Made by a program: the position numbers and the translations under genes
DNA from: a virus
Taxonomy: Duplodnaviria; Caudoviricetes
Direction: 5' to 3' (one strand)
Length of the DNA stretch: 61,926 bases
Virus record (IMG/VR): IMGVR_UViG_3300020042_007772
Span: 1-61,926 of that record
Notes under the pieces: generated by a model
What the model was told of the DNA's origin: nothing
The model's database searches: none
Seen by the model: the letters and a program-made list of their open reading frames with translations, nothing else
Shown here: positions 45,320 to 55,419 of the stretch, piece after piece
Position numbering within the stretch: the stretch's first letter is position 1
Layout of the letters: the number at the start of each line of letters is the position of its first letter

Positions 45320-46974
45320 TAGTCGTCAGTTCTTTTTTTGTTTGAAATTGGTTTTGGGGCTGTTTTTTTTCTTAACGCACCCGCTCTCGACTTTGCAAGC
45401 TTCTTCTCTAATTCTGTTCTTTCGGTTGCATAGAATTCATCTAGCTTGCCTTTTTCGGCTGCATCGTAAGTAGCGGCTATATTGGCAGCCGATCCTCGCC
45501 CCATAAATCCTGCCTTTCCAGATTTGAGTGGATTTTTAACCGCTTCTTCCGTAGTGGTAGATGAATAACCACCTTGTGTATTTTGCCCTTCCGTTGACCT
45601 TTCCGACTCTTGCAACATTTGTGGGACAACTGAAAACCCTTCTTCTATTCGAACATCATCTTTAGTAACGTAGCCTAATAAATTAGTTGGAATCTGTTGG
45701 TTTTTCCTAAAATACATTTTGCCAATAGTCAAATCTTTATTAGCTACTGGCCTAACCATAGCTTCTATATTGGTTAATTTAACCGCATTTTCTACTTGAC
45801 GATTACCGCTGGAAAGAGCATATTTTTTTGTGACTTTATCTTCAAAGCCAGATTCAACCGTTTGACCTTTACTATTTTTTGTGTATTTTTTTACTTTTGT
45901 TACTTCATCAATTTCACTAGGGCTATTGCCAATATCGGAAAGAACAAGGGTGCCTTGAACAGTTATATCTGGCGCACTTTTGGATACTACTGAAAGAGGA
46001 AGTGAATTAATTGTTTCTTCTGTGTAGCCAAAGTCGTCTTTGTCGTGGTATAACTTTCCTCCTGCTTCATAGTTGTAATTCCGAACTGTTTTTTGCTGAG
46101 TTCCGCCAACAACTATTTTGGGTGCTGCCCCTTTTCCTCCTCCTGTTTGCTTGGTCGGAGTCTTGTCTGTTTTTCTAACAAAATCAAAGCTAGGGAATAT
46201 CTGTCTGAGCGATGCTTCTTTTGCTTCGGGTTCAGCCATTCCTCCTTGCGTTTTAATAGCAACATACCCTTCAAACAATTTCTTTCCTCGTGCATCAGCC
46301 CGGACAATTTCTTCGGCTTTGGTTACATCCAAATTACCGTTTTCATCGCCAATATCTTCGTATTTGACTGTGTAGCCTGTTCCGTCTGGCCTACTTAGTT
46401 GAAATTGTTTTGTTCCAACTACTTTTTTAATTAGTCGTGAACCAACCATAGGTGCATTGTAAACAGACAAATCATCATATGTCTTATTAACAACTTGAGT
46501 TGGATTGTATGGTTTGTTATTGGCATTTTCATCCATAGTCTGATCAGCCAGATTTTTAGTCATTGCGTTATGATACGCATCCCGGTTAATCTCTGGATCA
46601 GCAATGTCTTTGTTGTATTGATTGGATATGACTTTGTCAGCAGACTTAGCTTCTGCCATACGCCTATTTCGCAAAGCAATAGCATTAGCAGCTTTTTGTG
46701 GGTCTTGAATGGTAATGTAACTCTCTCTCCACGCATCATCCCACTCCGATACTGCCGGACTGTAAAAGCCAGTTTCATCTGACTTCATTGCCAGCTTATC
46801 CAGAAAATCCTTATGCCGATCTTCTTTTAATTTGGCTTGTGCATCTGCTCTGGCTTTGTTTAAAGCCCTAGTGTTGGCCATTTGATCCATCCGTGCGGCC
46901 ATAGTCTCAACTGGTCTGTTGTTCCAGATGTAAGCGGCCCCGCCTTGTCCTTGTGGTACGTCTACTGTTGTCAT
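45319..46974 (-). CDS. Probable internal virion/cargo protein
   Basis: GQGGAAY N-terminus, charged helical body, directly upstream of the giant protein; start corrected to MTTVDVP. Confidence 0.65.
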   Translation of the reverse strand: MTTVDVPQGQGGAAYIWNNRPVETMAARMDQMANTRALNKARADAQAKLKEDRHKDFLDKLAMKSDETGFYSPAVSEWDDAWRESYITIQDPQKAANAIALRNRRMAEAKSADKVISNQYNKDIADPEINRDAYHNAMTKNLADQTMDENANNKPYNPTQVVNKTYDDLSVYNAPMVGSRLIKKVVGTKQFQLSRPDGTGYTVKYEDIGDENGNLDVTKAEEIVRADARGKKLFEGYVAIKTQGGMAEPEAKEASLRQIFPSFDFVRKTDKTPTKQTGGGKGAAPKIVVGGTQQKTVRNYNYEAGGKLYHDKDDFGYTEETINSLPLSVVSKSAPDITVQGTLVLSDIGNSPSEIDEVTKVKKYTKNSKGQTVESGFEDKVTKKYALSSGNRQVENAVKLTNIEAMVRPVANKDLTIGKMYFRKNQQIPTNLLGYVTKDDVRIEEGFSVVPQMLQESERSTEGQNTQGGYSSTTTEEAVKNPLKSGKAGFMGRGSAANIAATYDAAEKGKLDEFYATERTELEKKLAKSRAGALRKKTAPKPISNKKRTDD

Positions 46975-46975
46975 G

Positions 46976-47713
46976 TTAGTCTTGAGCGCCCCATGTTTGT
47001 TCAACCAAATTAACAATAGAAGCCGGAGAAAGATTCAGGAATCGGCGTCGCATTGCTCGTGTTTCAACGACCAAATCAAGTTCGTATGTCCTGTATGCAG
47101 GGTCTTTGCGGAACTTGAGGTAGTGGTATATCATGTACGTTTTCATTGCTTGAATGCAATAAGGATGCACAACGGTATTTTCGTTGTGATCCATACAATC
47201 GGATAAATATTCCAAATAAAAATTGAGTAAGTCAATAACCGGTGACAAACGAATTACTCGCCTAACCGTGTCGATTGAAAACTCTCCTAAGTTATCACCA
47301 TTGCCAAAAGCCTGGATGCGGCCACTACCACCTGCTCCATAGCCATAAAGATACTGGAACTGAACATTACTGCCAGTTTGCAGAAAATTGTAGAGGTTGA
47401 TGTTGGCGCTAGCCGATGGCAAATTCTGGGTAGAAACCCCTTGTGCCATTTGGTAGTTGTACGACAAAAGTTTGATGCCTTCTTTGTACTGAACAGCCGC
47501 CTTTGACCAATCGATGTAATCAACCGGAAGAGGGATGACCCGATTTGGCGGGATGTCAAAGCGTTGCGTTTTAATGGTTGGCTTGGTATCATTGTTGATT
47601 TCCCGAAGGAAGTCAATGCCAATTAAAGACAGCTTTAAATGCGTGTTTGGATGGAGGTCATGCTGAGTGATTACCTCGTTAATGATGTTGGTAACAGTCC
47701 CTGAGTATGTCAT
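46976..47713 (-). CDS. Tail ring protein (crAss-like)
   Basis: IPLPVDYIDWSK, FSID.....I.LS, YLEYLSD, VHPYCIQAM..Y. Confidence 0.75.
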   Translation of the reverse strand: MTYSGTVTNIINEVITQHDLHPNTHLKLSLIGIDFLREINNDTKPTIKTQRFDIPPNRVIPLPVDYIDWSKAAVQYKEGIKLLSYNYQMAQGVSTQNLPSASANINLYNFLQTGSNVQFQYLYGYGAGGSGRIQAFGNGDNLGEFSIDTVRRVIRLSPVIDLLNFYLEYLSDCMDHNENTVVHPYCIQAMKTYMIYHYLKFRKDPAYRTYELDLVVETRAMRRRFLNLSPASIVNLVEQTWGAQD

Positions 47714-48312
47714 AGGTTCGGATTGTTATCGGTTACCATGTCTGTTTTAATTCCGACTTGAAGTCTTGCCCAAGGTAATATCTTTTCAATTATCAAGGCT
47801 CCGTACATATCATTAGTGGTTGCGTTGTTGACGGCAAGTTGCACGTACACACTTATAAGCTGATTGGTAGCATCGTAACACGGGTCTAGTATAATCAACT
47901 TGCCAGACTGAACCGTATAAAAATACGAAGCAGTTGCTTGATAAGCACTGCCCGATGCGTTAGCATATGAATTACCAGGGAGGTATCGAATCGGGTACAT
48001 AGTATTGTCCCGAATGTAGTAAACATTCAATATCCCTTTGTCTTGTGTTAATCCAATATAAGATGCTGGCAATGGGCATAGTTTTTCGCTTTTGATTTTA
48101 CCAGCAGTAAGAACAACAGGGTATTCGACCGTGTATTCACCTCCAAGAAATTGCCTGTTATCCGACTGAATTCCGTTTATTAGATTTTGCATACCGGTAA
48201 TGCTACCGGCAAGGGTAATCTGATACTCAAGTTCAGCTAATTCGATTTTGGATTCAATGGCGGGATCACCACCAGAAACCATTCGCAATATTTGTTCGGC
48301 TAACTTACTCAT
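47710..48312 (-). CDS. Tail ring protein (crAss-like)
   Basis: LAEQILRMVSGGD, C-terminal D...D.NP; lies among ring-like genes. Confidence 0.6.
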   Translation of the reverse strand: MSKLAEQILRMVSGGDPAIESKIELAELEYQITLAGSITGMQNLINGIQSDNRQFLGGEYTVEYPVVLTAGKIKSEKLCPLPASYIGLTQDKGILNVYYIRDNTMYPIRYLPGNSYANASGSAYQATASYFYTVQSGKLIILDPCYDATNQLISVYVQLAVNNATTNDMYGALIIEKILPWARLQVGIKTDMVTDNNPNL

Positions 48313-49001
48313 ACTGTTCTAGTGGTTAATTGTGATGCCTCTCCAAATATGTTTGCGTTGCCCACATTTATTCCCATGTACTGTAAGGCTCTTGTCAAAA
48401 GCGGCGTAAGGGCGTCATAGCCCCATTCCAGGTCGGTGCTAAGTGCTGGGTCAAACGCTCCAGCTGTATAAACAATTTCACATGGTGCCGGTGTTTGCAA
48501 GTACTTGATTGGCACAGACAAAGGCGTTGGATAAACGGCAATATTAAAGTTTGGGTAGTAGCTTCCTATGGGATGGTCTTCAGTAGGAGGCACCAATGTT
48601 GATTTCAGCCGTGGCCCGATTTTGTTGTCCGGCAAAATTTTAATTTGGCTTTCTACATCTGCGTAAACGGCATTTTCAAGCTTTATATCGTAGAATTCTC
48701 TATTTACGTCTAAAACAGTATTGCAATCCCATACAGTTGTGCCTATGTTTGTAACCACGGAAGTCGCCACAAGGCCTGTCTTATAAAACATCGATAGGAG
48801 TGAATTTTCCAAAGATGTTTCCTGGAAATTCTGAGGTGTAAGATTGGAACCAGTTGCACGAACCCGAACCGGTCCGGCCAATTCCTTGAAATATTGGAGT
48901 TGAACCAGATTAATAAATACGGTCTTTTCGCTAGGGTTTTTGTAATACTTCCCTGCGTTCGGAACCTTATTTAAAGCATTATCGAGATCAGCAAGTAACA
49001 T
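48309..49001 (-). CDS. Tail ring/adaptor protein (P22 gp4-like in crAss-like phages)
   Basis: P.E...FINLVQ, S.LVPPT..HP, YL.TP, STDLEW, LQYMGIN. Confidence 0.72.
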   Translation of the reverse strand: MLLADLDNALNKVPNAGKYYKNPSEKTVFINLVQLQYFKELAGPVRVRATGSNLTPQNFQETSLENSLLSMFYKTGLVATSVVTNIGTTVWDCNTVLDVNREFYDIKLENAVYADVESQIKILPDNKIGPRLKSTLVPPTEDHPIGSYYPNFNIAVYPTPLSVPIKYLQTPAPCEIVYTAGAFDPALSTDLEWGYDALTPLLTRALQYMGINVGNANIFGEASQLTTRTV

Positions 49002-49013
49002 TATTATTTATTT

Positions 49014-49376
49014 ATGCAAACATATTCAATTGCCGGAACAATCTCAAAGATTTTTCCCGCTACCAGAAACGGTCACGTTACCATTATGGTACGTCCAAGC
49101 AACTGCCCACACGAAATCGGGGCTAAAATTTCACCGGAAAAGGCATACTACATAGCCGATAGCGCCGTTGGAGACATTGTGGCCGTACTAGGAACGCCAG
49201 TGTATATCTCTACAAATCAAGGACTTCTATTAGAGTTTTTGAAGGTTGCGTATATTTCAAAAATACATTCTGGGCTTCTTCAAACGAATAGCACAGATAG
49301 TAAGCATACCCTTGCTCAATCAAGCGGGTCATTGCCACAAGCTGTTCTGGAGTCTGTTTCTTTCCCGGCAGTTTAA
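49014..49376 (+). CDS. Possible OB-fold (DUF3127-like) protein
   Basis: YSIAGTISKIFP...AVGDIVAVLG; 3' end overlaps the VRR-NUC gene antisense. Confidence 0.5.
   Translation: MQTYSIAGTISKIFPATRNGHVTIMVRPSNCPHEIGAKISPEKAYYIADSAVGDIVAVLGTPVYISTNQGLLLEFLKVAYISKIHSGLLQTNSTDSKHTLAQSSGSLPQAVLESVSFPAV
49017..49048 (-). promoter_or_regulatory. Bacteroidota consensus promoter at the head of the late block
   Basis: TTTG-N20-TATGTTTG on the minus strand, 15 nt upstream of the ATG at 49001. Confidence 0.7.
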
Positions 49377-49581
49377 ACTCAATTGTTAAAGCATGGTAGT
49401 CTTTGTTTGGGACCATTATAAAATAGTCCGGCACTCCCGCCACCACTCCTTTGGCCTTTTTGATTGTACCACTTCCCGTTCCCTCGTTGTAGGGATGGAA
49501 GCACAACCGACGCAAATCTGGTCGGGTATTCCACAGCCAGGTATGAAAATCACTCAGTATTCTATCTTCGCTTAACTCCAT
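49210..49581 (-). CDS. VRR-NUC domain nuclease
   Basis: FHPYNEG, GVVAGVPD, IEFKLPGKKQTPEQ. Confidence 0.88.
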   Translation of the reverse strand: MELSEDRILSDFHTWLWNTRPDLRRLCFHPYNEGTGSGTIKKAKGVVAGVPDYFIMVPNKDYHALTIEFKLPGKKQTPEQLVAMTRLIEQGYAYYLCYSFEEAQNVFLKYTQPSKTLIEVLDL

Positions 49582-51073
49582 GAGGCCAATACTACGAAAT
49601 TATCAATCTGGAGCAAAAGAAAACATACGAAATGCGTTTTCTGCTGGACGAAAAAGAGTCGTTTTAAGATCAGAAGTAGGATCAGGTAAGACCGTGATGT
49701 TTAGTGACTTGTGTTATGATGTCATTCAAAAAGGCAAGTGCGTCATGGTTGTCTGCAATCGGCAGAAGCTAGTGCGGCAGTCTGCTAAGACATTGCGGGC
49801 TTTTGACCTCAATCCATACATTCTTATGCAGTCAGGTATGCCACCGGTAGGCACTAAATTGATAGTGGCGTCTGCTGATACGCTCCGGCATCGTACATGG
49901 CCATCCTGGATTGACATGGTTGTCATTGATGAATGCCATCTTGCTTCGTTTACAAACGTGTTGGAAAAGGCCGTGGAATTGGGCATATATGTTCTTGGTG
50001 TTTCTGCCACTCCAATTCCAAACAAGTCAAATCGGTTGCATGAGTTTTATCAACAAATGATTTGCACTAAGCCCACAATCGACCATATACGAGACGGTGA
50101 GTTGGTTATGGACATCTACGTCAAAGCTGATACAAGCGTTGACACAACGGGCCTTAAGACCCATTCCTACGCATGGGGAAATGATTACTCGTCCAAGGAT
50201 TTGTTTGCCCTATTTGACCGGCCAAAAATCTACGATGGCATGGTGGCAAATTATCTCAAGTACGCCAAATTCAAAAAAGCCGTTTGCTTCTGTGCATCGG
50301 TAGAACACTCCAAGAAATCTGCCGAAGCGTTTCGGGCGCATGGTATTTCAGCTGCTCACATTGATGGGGCGGATCCGGAAGAAATCCGAGAGAAAGTACA
50401 AGCAGACTTTGAAGCTGGCAAGTATCACGTTCTTTGCAATTGTGCTATCTACACATTCGGGTGGGACTGTCCTGCCGTAGAAGTGGTAATTGTGAATCGT
50501 GCCACCGCATCCTACGAACTTTGGAGGCAAATGATTGGCCGTGGTGCCAGACCGTATGGTGAGAAGGAATACTTTCTGGTTATTGACCAGGGCGGCAACA
50601 AAGACCGGCATGGTAGTTTGTCTTGCGAGGTGCAGTGGAACTTAGATGCACCAGACAAAAAGAAAAAGCTAAAGAAGGGCGTTGCCCCAATGAAAGCTTG
50701 TTCTAATAAGGATTGTGGTTGTCTGATTCCAGTTCAGTCTACAGTTTGCCCAATCTGCAAGACTGCTCAACCTACCAAAAAAGCGGCAGGGTTATCTGAA
50801 GCAGAATTTATTCTGGAAGTTCCAGATGCCATTTCACCGACTCCAACGATGGTTTGGCCGAAAAGAGACTCGTATAAAGGCGATTTAGACTTCATTGCAG
50901 CCTGCATTGATTTTGCAGCTACAAAGAAATATCATGCAAATTTTGCTCTCAATATGGTCATTAAATCAGCCGCTAACGAGGCAGAGAAAATTGAATTAAT
51001 GAAACAATACGCCAAAGCAAAGCACTATAAGCAAGGTTGGGTTTTTCAAAATAAACAACGATATGCAGTATAA
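49580..51073 (+). CDS. Superfamily 2 DExH helicase with Zn finger
   Basis: GSGKT, DECH, SATP, FGWD.P, QMIGRGAR; C..C/C..C after the helicase core. Confidence 0.92.
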   Translation: MRPILRNYQSGAKENIRNAFSAGRKRVVLRSEVGSGKTVMFSDLCYDVIQKGKCVMVVCNRQKLVRQSAKTLRAFDLNPYILMQSGMPPVGTKLIVASADTLRHRTWPSWIDMVVIDECHLASFTNVLEKAVELGIYVLGVSATPIPNKSNRLHEFYQQMICTKPTIDHIRDGELVMDIYVKADTSVDTTGLKTHSYAWGNDYSSKDLFALFDRPKIYDGMVANYLKYAKFKKAVCFCASVEHSKKSAEAFRAHGISAAHIDGADPEEIREKVQADFEAGKYHVLCNCAIYTFGWDCPAVEVVIVNRATASYELWRQMIGRGARPYGEKEYFLVIDQGGNKDRHGSLSCEVQWNLDAPDKKKKLKKGVAPMKACSNKDCGCLIPVQSTVCPICKTAQPTKKAAGLSEAEFILEVPDAISPTPTMVWPKRDSYKGDLDFIAACIDFAATKKYHANFALNMVIKSAANEAEKIELMKQYAKAKHYKQGWVFQNKQRYAV

Positions 51074-53387
51074 ACAATTAGCTGAGACTTGTTTTGCGTA
51101 TGGCATCCGGGCTATCCCTTGTGCTGGTAAGATACCGTTGAAGGACAAGGGCTACCGTGACCTAATTGTTCCGACTGCCATTGTTATGCCGGATCACGGA
51201 GAACCGGATGGTCTAGCGGTACTTTGCGGCCCGATTTCCGGAGGATTTATGTGTATTGACTTTGACATGAAGAATGGCGATGGTGAGGATTTCTACGGGG
51301 AATATATGACCCTTGTTAAAGATGATAGCCCACGGTTATTCTCTAAGTTGACTTGCTCAAGAACTCCGTCTGGCGGGTATCATATCTATGTTTTTATTAA
51401 TCAGACAATAGGAAGCCAGAAGTTAGCCAAAACTGAAAACAAAAAAGACTTGATTGAAACCCGTGGTGATGGCGGTTATTGTCTCATACCGCCGTCAAAG
51501 GGTTACACTTGGGAGCAAGGAGGATTGACTACTGTTAGCCGCATAACGGAAGAAGAGTGGAATTACTTGATTAGTCTGGCACGTTGTTTTAACGAACACG
51601 TACCGGAAGAAACGCCGGTGTATGAACCCAAGGGTTTGCCAATCGCTGGCGATAGCCCACTCAACCGATACGATGCCGATGCCGATCCGTGTGCTATTTT
51701 GGCTGAGTTAGGGTACAAGCAAATTCGTGGAAGCCGCAGCCAGGTTCACTTCAACCGTCCCAATGCCCGTAACAAACATGGGATAGATGCCACTGTCTAC
51801 ATGGACAAAAAGCATATTCACTTCTGGTCACCAGTTTCCAATGCCAACTTGCCAGACACCGAACGAAACTACAAGCCTAGTCAGTTCCTGGTGTTCACAA
51901 AATACAATGGTGATTTTTCTGCGGCTGCCAAAGAACTTGCAACCTTGTATTCTATGGAACCGGTTGTGCAGAACAACGCCACAACCGCAAAACCCGTCCG
52001 CCCCCCAGAGGCTACCATTGAAAAGGTGAAAGCATTGCAGCCATCCTGGCGAATGGAGCCTTGGACGGAACAAAAGAATCGGACTGGGGTGGCTATAACA
52101 GATGACTTGTTAACAGAGGCATACGAATACTTCTCCGAACTCAACCCAGAAGAGGTACGTGAGTACATCATCAACTACTATCGTGAGAACAGAGACTTCC
52201 ACGGCTTTGAGCAAATCAAAAATCCGTATGAGCGTTTGGAACGGTATATCAACGGTCATTTTGTGATTAGGAGAAACGTAGTAAATTTCACTACCCAGAT
52301 ATTAAAAAAGCCATCGTTGGATGCCACCGGGTTTGACGAGAACTCCATTTGGAATCTGTGCCGGAAGTCTGGCATCAAATGCAATATGGCAGAGGTCAAA
52401 GCTTTTGTCAACGACCCAAGACACTTTGTGATTCACGATCCGTTCAAAGAGTATTTTATTGACCTTCAGAAGACCCACAAGCCCATAGATTTTGATGCCA
52501 TTGCAAAGCTAGCAACCTACATTCGGACTGACCATGCGGACTTCTGGCAGGTAATGTTCCGCAAGGCTCTTATCCGGTGCGTGGCAGCTGCCATTGGTGG
52601 GTATGTGAACCGTGAAGCCATTGTGCTTTGTGATCCCAAGGAAAGGGCCGGAAAGACTAGTTTTGTGCGGTTCTTGAATCCGTGGGGAGAGAAGGAATAC
52701 TATTGCGAAGAGGTTATTGTCAACCACAAAGATCAGATGTTCCGGATATGCCAGAACTTCATTTATCTAATCGATGAAATTGGGTCAGAACGGTATAACC
52801 ACAAGACAATGGATTACCTAAAGCTAATCTTGTCCAAATCCAGTGTGAACGAGCGGAAGGTGTATGCGGTGGACACTAGTTTTATGGAGCGAAAGGTTTC
52901 CTTCTGGGGTACAACCAACTTGCCATACCTGTCGGCAGGGGAGAATACCCGGTGGATTTCAATTCCCATAAGTTCAATTGACCACAACTACAACAATTAC
53001 ATTACCGGATACCAGGAAGTAAACATTCACGATGTATGGCACGAAGCCTACACGGCTTACATGAACGGCGAGGCTTTTGAACTCACGCCACAGGAACGTG
53101 ATCAGCAAGAAGAACTAAATAAAGACTGGATTATTGGCAACGAAGCATTAGGCTTAGTGGATAGCTACGTGTACGTTGATGACCATAGTGTTTGGAGAAC
53201 TGCCGAACAAATCATTGACCAGCTAGCTATTGCCAACCAGAACCTGACCAGACGCATCTCTGCCAAGAACCTATCGGAAGCACTCCGGGCAAGGGATGTC
53301 CCACACCAACACAAACCAAACGCCTTTGGGCATAAAGTTCACCAATTTAAATGCAGCGTATCAGTAGCTGCGACAACAGAACAATGA
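51063..53387 (+). CDS. Bifunctional primase-polymerase (Prim-Pol) fused to VirE/VapE-like ATPase
   Basis: CIDFD, RTPSGGYH, ETRGDGGY..IPPS; AGKT Walker A, LIDE Walker B, FWGTTN. Confidence 0.9.
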   Translation: MQYKQLAETCFAYGIRAIPCAGKIPLKDKGYRDLIVPTAIVMPDHGEPDGLAVLCGPISGGFMCIDFDMKNGDGEDFYGEYMTLVKDDSPRLFSKLTCSRTPSGGYHIYVFINQTIGSQKLAKTENKKDLIETRGDGGYCLIPPSKGYTWEQGGLTTVSRITEEEWNYLISLARCFNEHVPEETPVYEPKGLPIAGDSPLNRYDADADPCAILAELGYKQIRGSRSQVHFNRPNARNKHGIDATVYMDKKHIHFWSPVSNANLPDTERNYKPSQFLVFTKYNGDFSAAAKELATLYSMEPVVQNNATTAKPVRPPEATIEKVKALQPSWRMEPWTEQKNRTGVAITDDLLTEAYEYFSELNPEEVREYIINYYRENRDFHGFEQIKNPYERLERYINGHFVIRRNVVNFTTQILKKPSLDATGFDENSIWNLCRKSGIKCNMAEVKAFVNDPRHFVIHDPFKEYFIDLQKTHKPIDFDAIAKLATYIRTDHADFWQVMFRKALIRCVAAAIGGYVNREAIVLCDPKERAGKTSFVRFLNPWGEKEYYCEEVIVNHKDQMFRICQNFIYLIDEIGSERYNHKTMDYLKLILSKSSVNERKVYAVDTSFMERKVSFWGTTNLPYLSAGENTRWISIPISSIDHNYNNYITGYQEVNIHDVWHEAYTAYMNGEAFELTPQERDQQEELNKDWIIGNEALGLVDSYVYVDDHSVWRTAEQIIDQLAIANQNLTRRISAKNLSEALRARDVPHQHKPNAFGHKVHQFKCSVSVAATTEQ

Positions 53388-53725
53388 AAAAAGTAATAAT
53401 CCTCCTAGCCAAAAACGGCGATATCGCTATGGTGGCTAACCATTACATTAAAAACCACCTTCAGGCTGAAAAGCCGGTCTGGGTGGTGTCGGCTCAATAC
53501 AGTGCTATACTGCACGAACTGTACTCCGACTATTTTCACATTATAACATTAGAAATTGATGCTACAAAGCCGCTGCAAGCAGAGATAATTGCTCGTCGCA
53601 AATTTCCTTCGGCTAAAATTGCGGTTGTCCAGCAACATGGAGCCGATGAGCAAATGGAAGAAACACGTCTTTACAGAAATTTTCAAGAATATCAACTTTC
53701 CAAATTAGATGAACTATTTCGTTAA
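53384..53725 (+). CDS. Hypothetical protein, GT9-like N-terminal pattern
   Basis: VIILLAKNGDIAMV resembles the beta-strand-GD start of GT-B enzymes. Confidence 0.45.
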   Translation: MKKVIILLAKNGDIAMVANHYIKNHLQAEKPVWVVSAQYSAILHELYSDYFHIITLEIDATKPLQAEIIARRKFPSAKIAVVQQHGADEQMEETRLYRNFQEYQLSKLDELFR

Positions 53726-54764
53726 TATTTACCTCGGAGGAGAATCGGCAAAAATAGCTATGCCCATTCTAACACTCGAAAACATCAAACGGGTAGCCGC
53801 TTCACAAGGGCTTACTCCAATTGATCACACATCGGCTATCAACCAAATACGTGGGTTTGCTAAGTTGCGTGACTACATCCTATCTCACCGTGGGTTATGG
53901 ATATGCAACGATACTTTACCGTTGCACCTCTTTGTAGACGGCTTTCCACATCCCTACATTCAAATCAGCAGGGACTACGAATGGGCTTGTACTTACCCTA
54001 GTCCCAATTGCATTGGCATCCACACGCAAACCATGATTGAATCGCCCGAAGGGCAGTTAGAATTAGCCGCAAGCTTGCACAGGCGGCCTATCTTTATGTT
54101 GCCGGGCTACAAAACCGTCCACACGGTCAATGAGTACTCCCCATCTGACAACGACACCATTGCTCGTAATGGATTAGCAGTTGTTTCATGGAGTAAGATT
54201 GCCGCAAACGATATTCATTACAAATTCGACTTCTATATGGCCGAGGAACTGCCGTATGTTTGGTCGATATTTGAGGAAATGGACGAGATTGCAGAACCAG
54301 GCACACTCTGTTTGTTTACCAACAGGGATATTTGTCTAGTGCCGGAGGCTACTGCTATCATTCGGTCATTTATGACCAATCGAGGACTAAAACGGGCTTT
54401 TGGTGGCAGAGTAGACATCATTACCCAAAACAATTACGGGCATCGAGACCTGTATGGCGCACAACAATACGCTGGAATCGACCTATTTTGTTGGATTAAG
54501 GGCTATTTGCCTAAACCACATCCGGCACACCGGCAGTTACTGCTAGGAAGAGAGAGTTGGGACATTGCTTTTGCCCATTTATTTGGCGGCTTGGTACACA
54601 AAATACCCTACAACGTGGCCTACCACACCATCCATGAAACCAATTGGCAATCACCGCAAGGCACACTAGGGAACTGGCATAATAATATGCTCATTGGGTT
54701 AATAAACGAAAATATGACAGTAGGTTTACACGAAAAAAAATTCTCATTTTATGAAACTATATAG
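53709..54764 (+). CDS. Putative glycosyltransferase-like protein
   Basis: C-terminal LFTNRDI, GIDLF, LGRESWD, YH..H...W pattern of GT-A-like phage proteins. Confidence 0.5.
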   Translation: MNYFVNIYLGGESAKIAMPILTLENIKRVAASQGLTPIDHTSAINQIRGFAKLRDYILSHRGLWICNDTLPLHLFVDGFPHPYIQISRDYEWACTYPSPNCIGIHTQTMIESPEGQLELAASLHRRPIFMLPGYKTVHTVNEYSPSDNDTIARNGLAVVSWSKIAANDIHYKFDFYMAEELPYVWSIFEEMDEIAEPGTLCLFTNRDICLVPEATAIIRSFMTNRGLKRAFGGRVDIITQNNYGHRDLYGAQQYAGIDLFCWIKGYLPKPHPAHRQLLLGRESWDIAFAHLFGGLVHKIPYNVAYHTIHETNWQSPQGTLGNWHNNMLIGLINENMTVGLHEKKFSFYETI

Positions 54765-55368
54765 CACACACCCTCACGCTTCCATACAAATGGTAGCCGA
54801 CCAAGCATTTCAAACCGCAATACCCTACCACGATGTAATGGTTGAAAGCGGAACCTACATTGGGCTAGGATCAACACAAATGCTAGCCAAGGTTCGGCCT
54901 AAAAGGTTAATTACCATTGAATCTGACTTTGAAAATTACCAACAAGCAGTAGCCAATCTGGCCCAATATGAGTTCGTAGAGCCGTATTGGGGACTTTCGG
55001 TTAACCGGGAAGAAGCATTGGAGTTTATCCACCAAAACGACTACTCTGGAGACTTTTACGTAGATAGTGAGAATCCAATAGCGTTCTACACGAAGGAAGT
55101 TGCAGTGCGTTGCTATGCCGAAAACCTGCTTACTACGTTGCTCACCCCGCTCGTTGACCAGAACCCGCTCATCCTGCTCGATAGCGCCGGTGGGATTGGG
55201 TTTCTGGAGTATAGCATTGTACGATCTATTATGGGTAACAAACCACACACGCTCATTTTGGACGATACGCATCATGTGAAGCACTATCGCAGTCGCATAG
55301 ACGCCCTGACCGTATATAATGTCCTTTACGACAATCAAAAACACGGAAGATGCGTTCTAGCTATGTAA
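54751..55368 (+). CDS. Class I SAM-dependent methyltransferase-like protein
   Basis: VESGTYIGLGST, TIESD, LLDS, LILDD. Confidence 0.72.
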   Translation: MKLYSTHPHASIQMVADQAFQTAIPYHDVMVESGTYIGLGSTQMLAKVRPKRLITIESDFENYQQAVANLAQYEFVEPYWGLSVNREEALEFIHQNDYSGDFYVDSENPIAFYTKEVAVRCYAENLLTTLLTPLVDQNPLILLDSAGGIGFLEYSIVRSIMGNKPHTLILDDTHHVKHYRSRIDALTVYNVLYDNQKHGRCVLAM

Positions 55369-55372
55369 CAAC

Positions 55373-55405
55373 AAAAAAGGGACCTGTAATGGGTCCCCTT
55401 TTTTT
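55373..55405. terminator. Bidirectional terminator between convergent blocks
   Basis: A6-GGGACC-loop-GGTCCC-C-T7. Confidence 0.85.
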
Positions 55406-55419
55406 GTGTTGTGCTGCGA

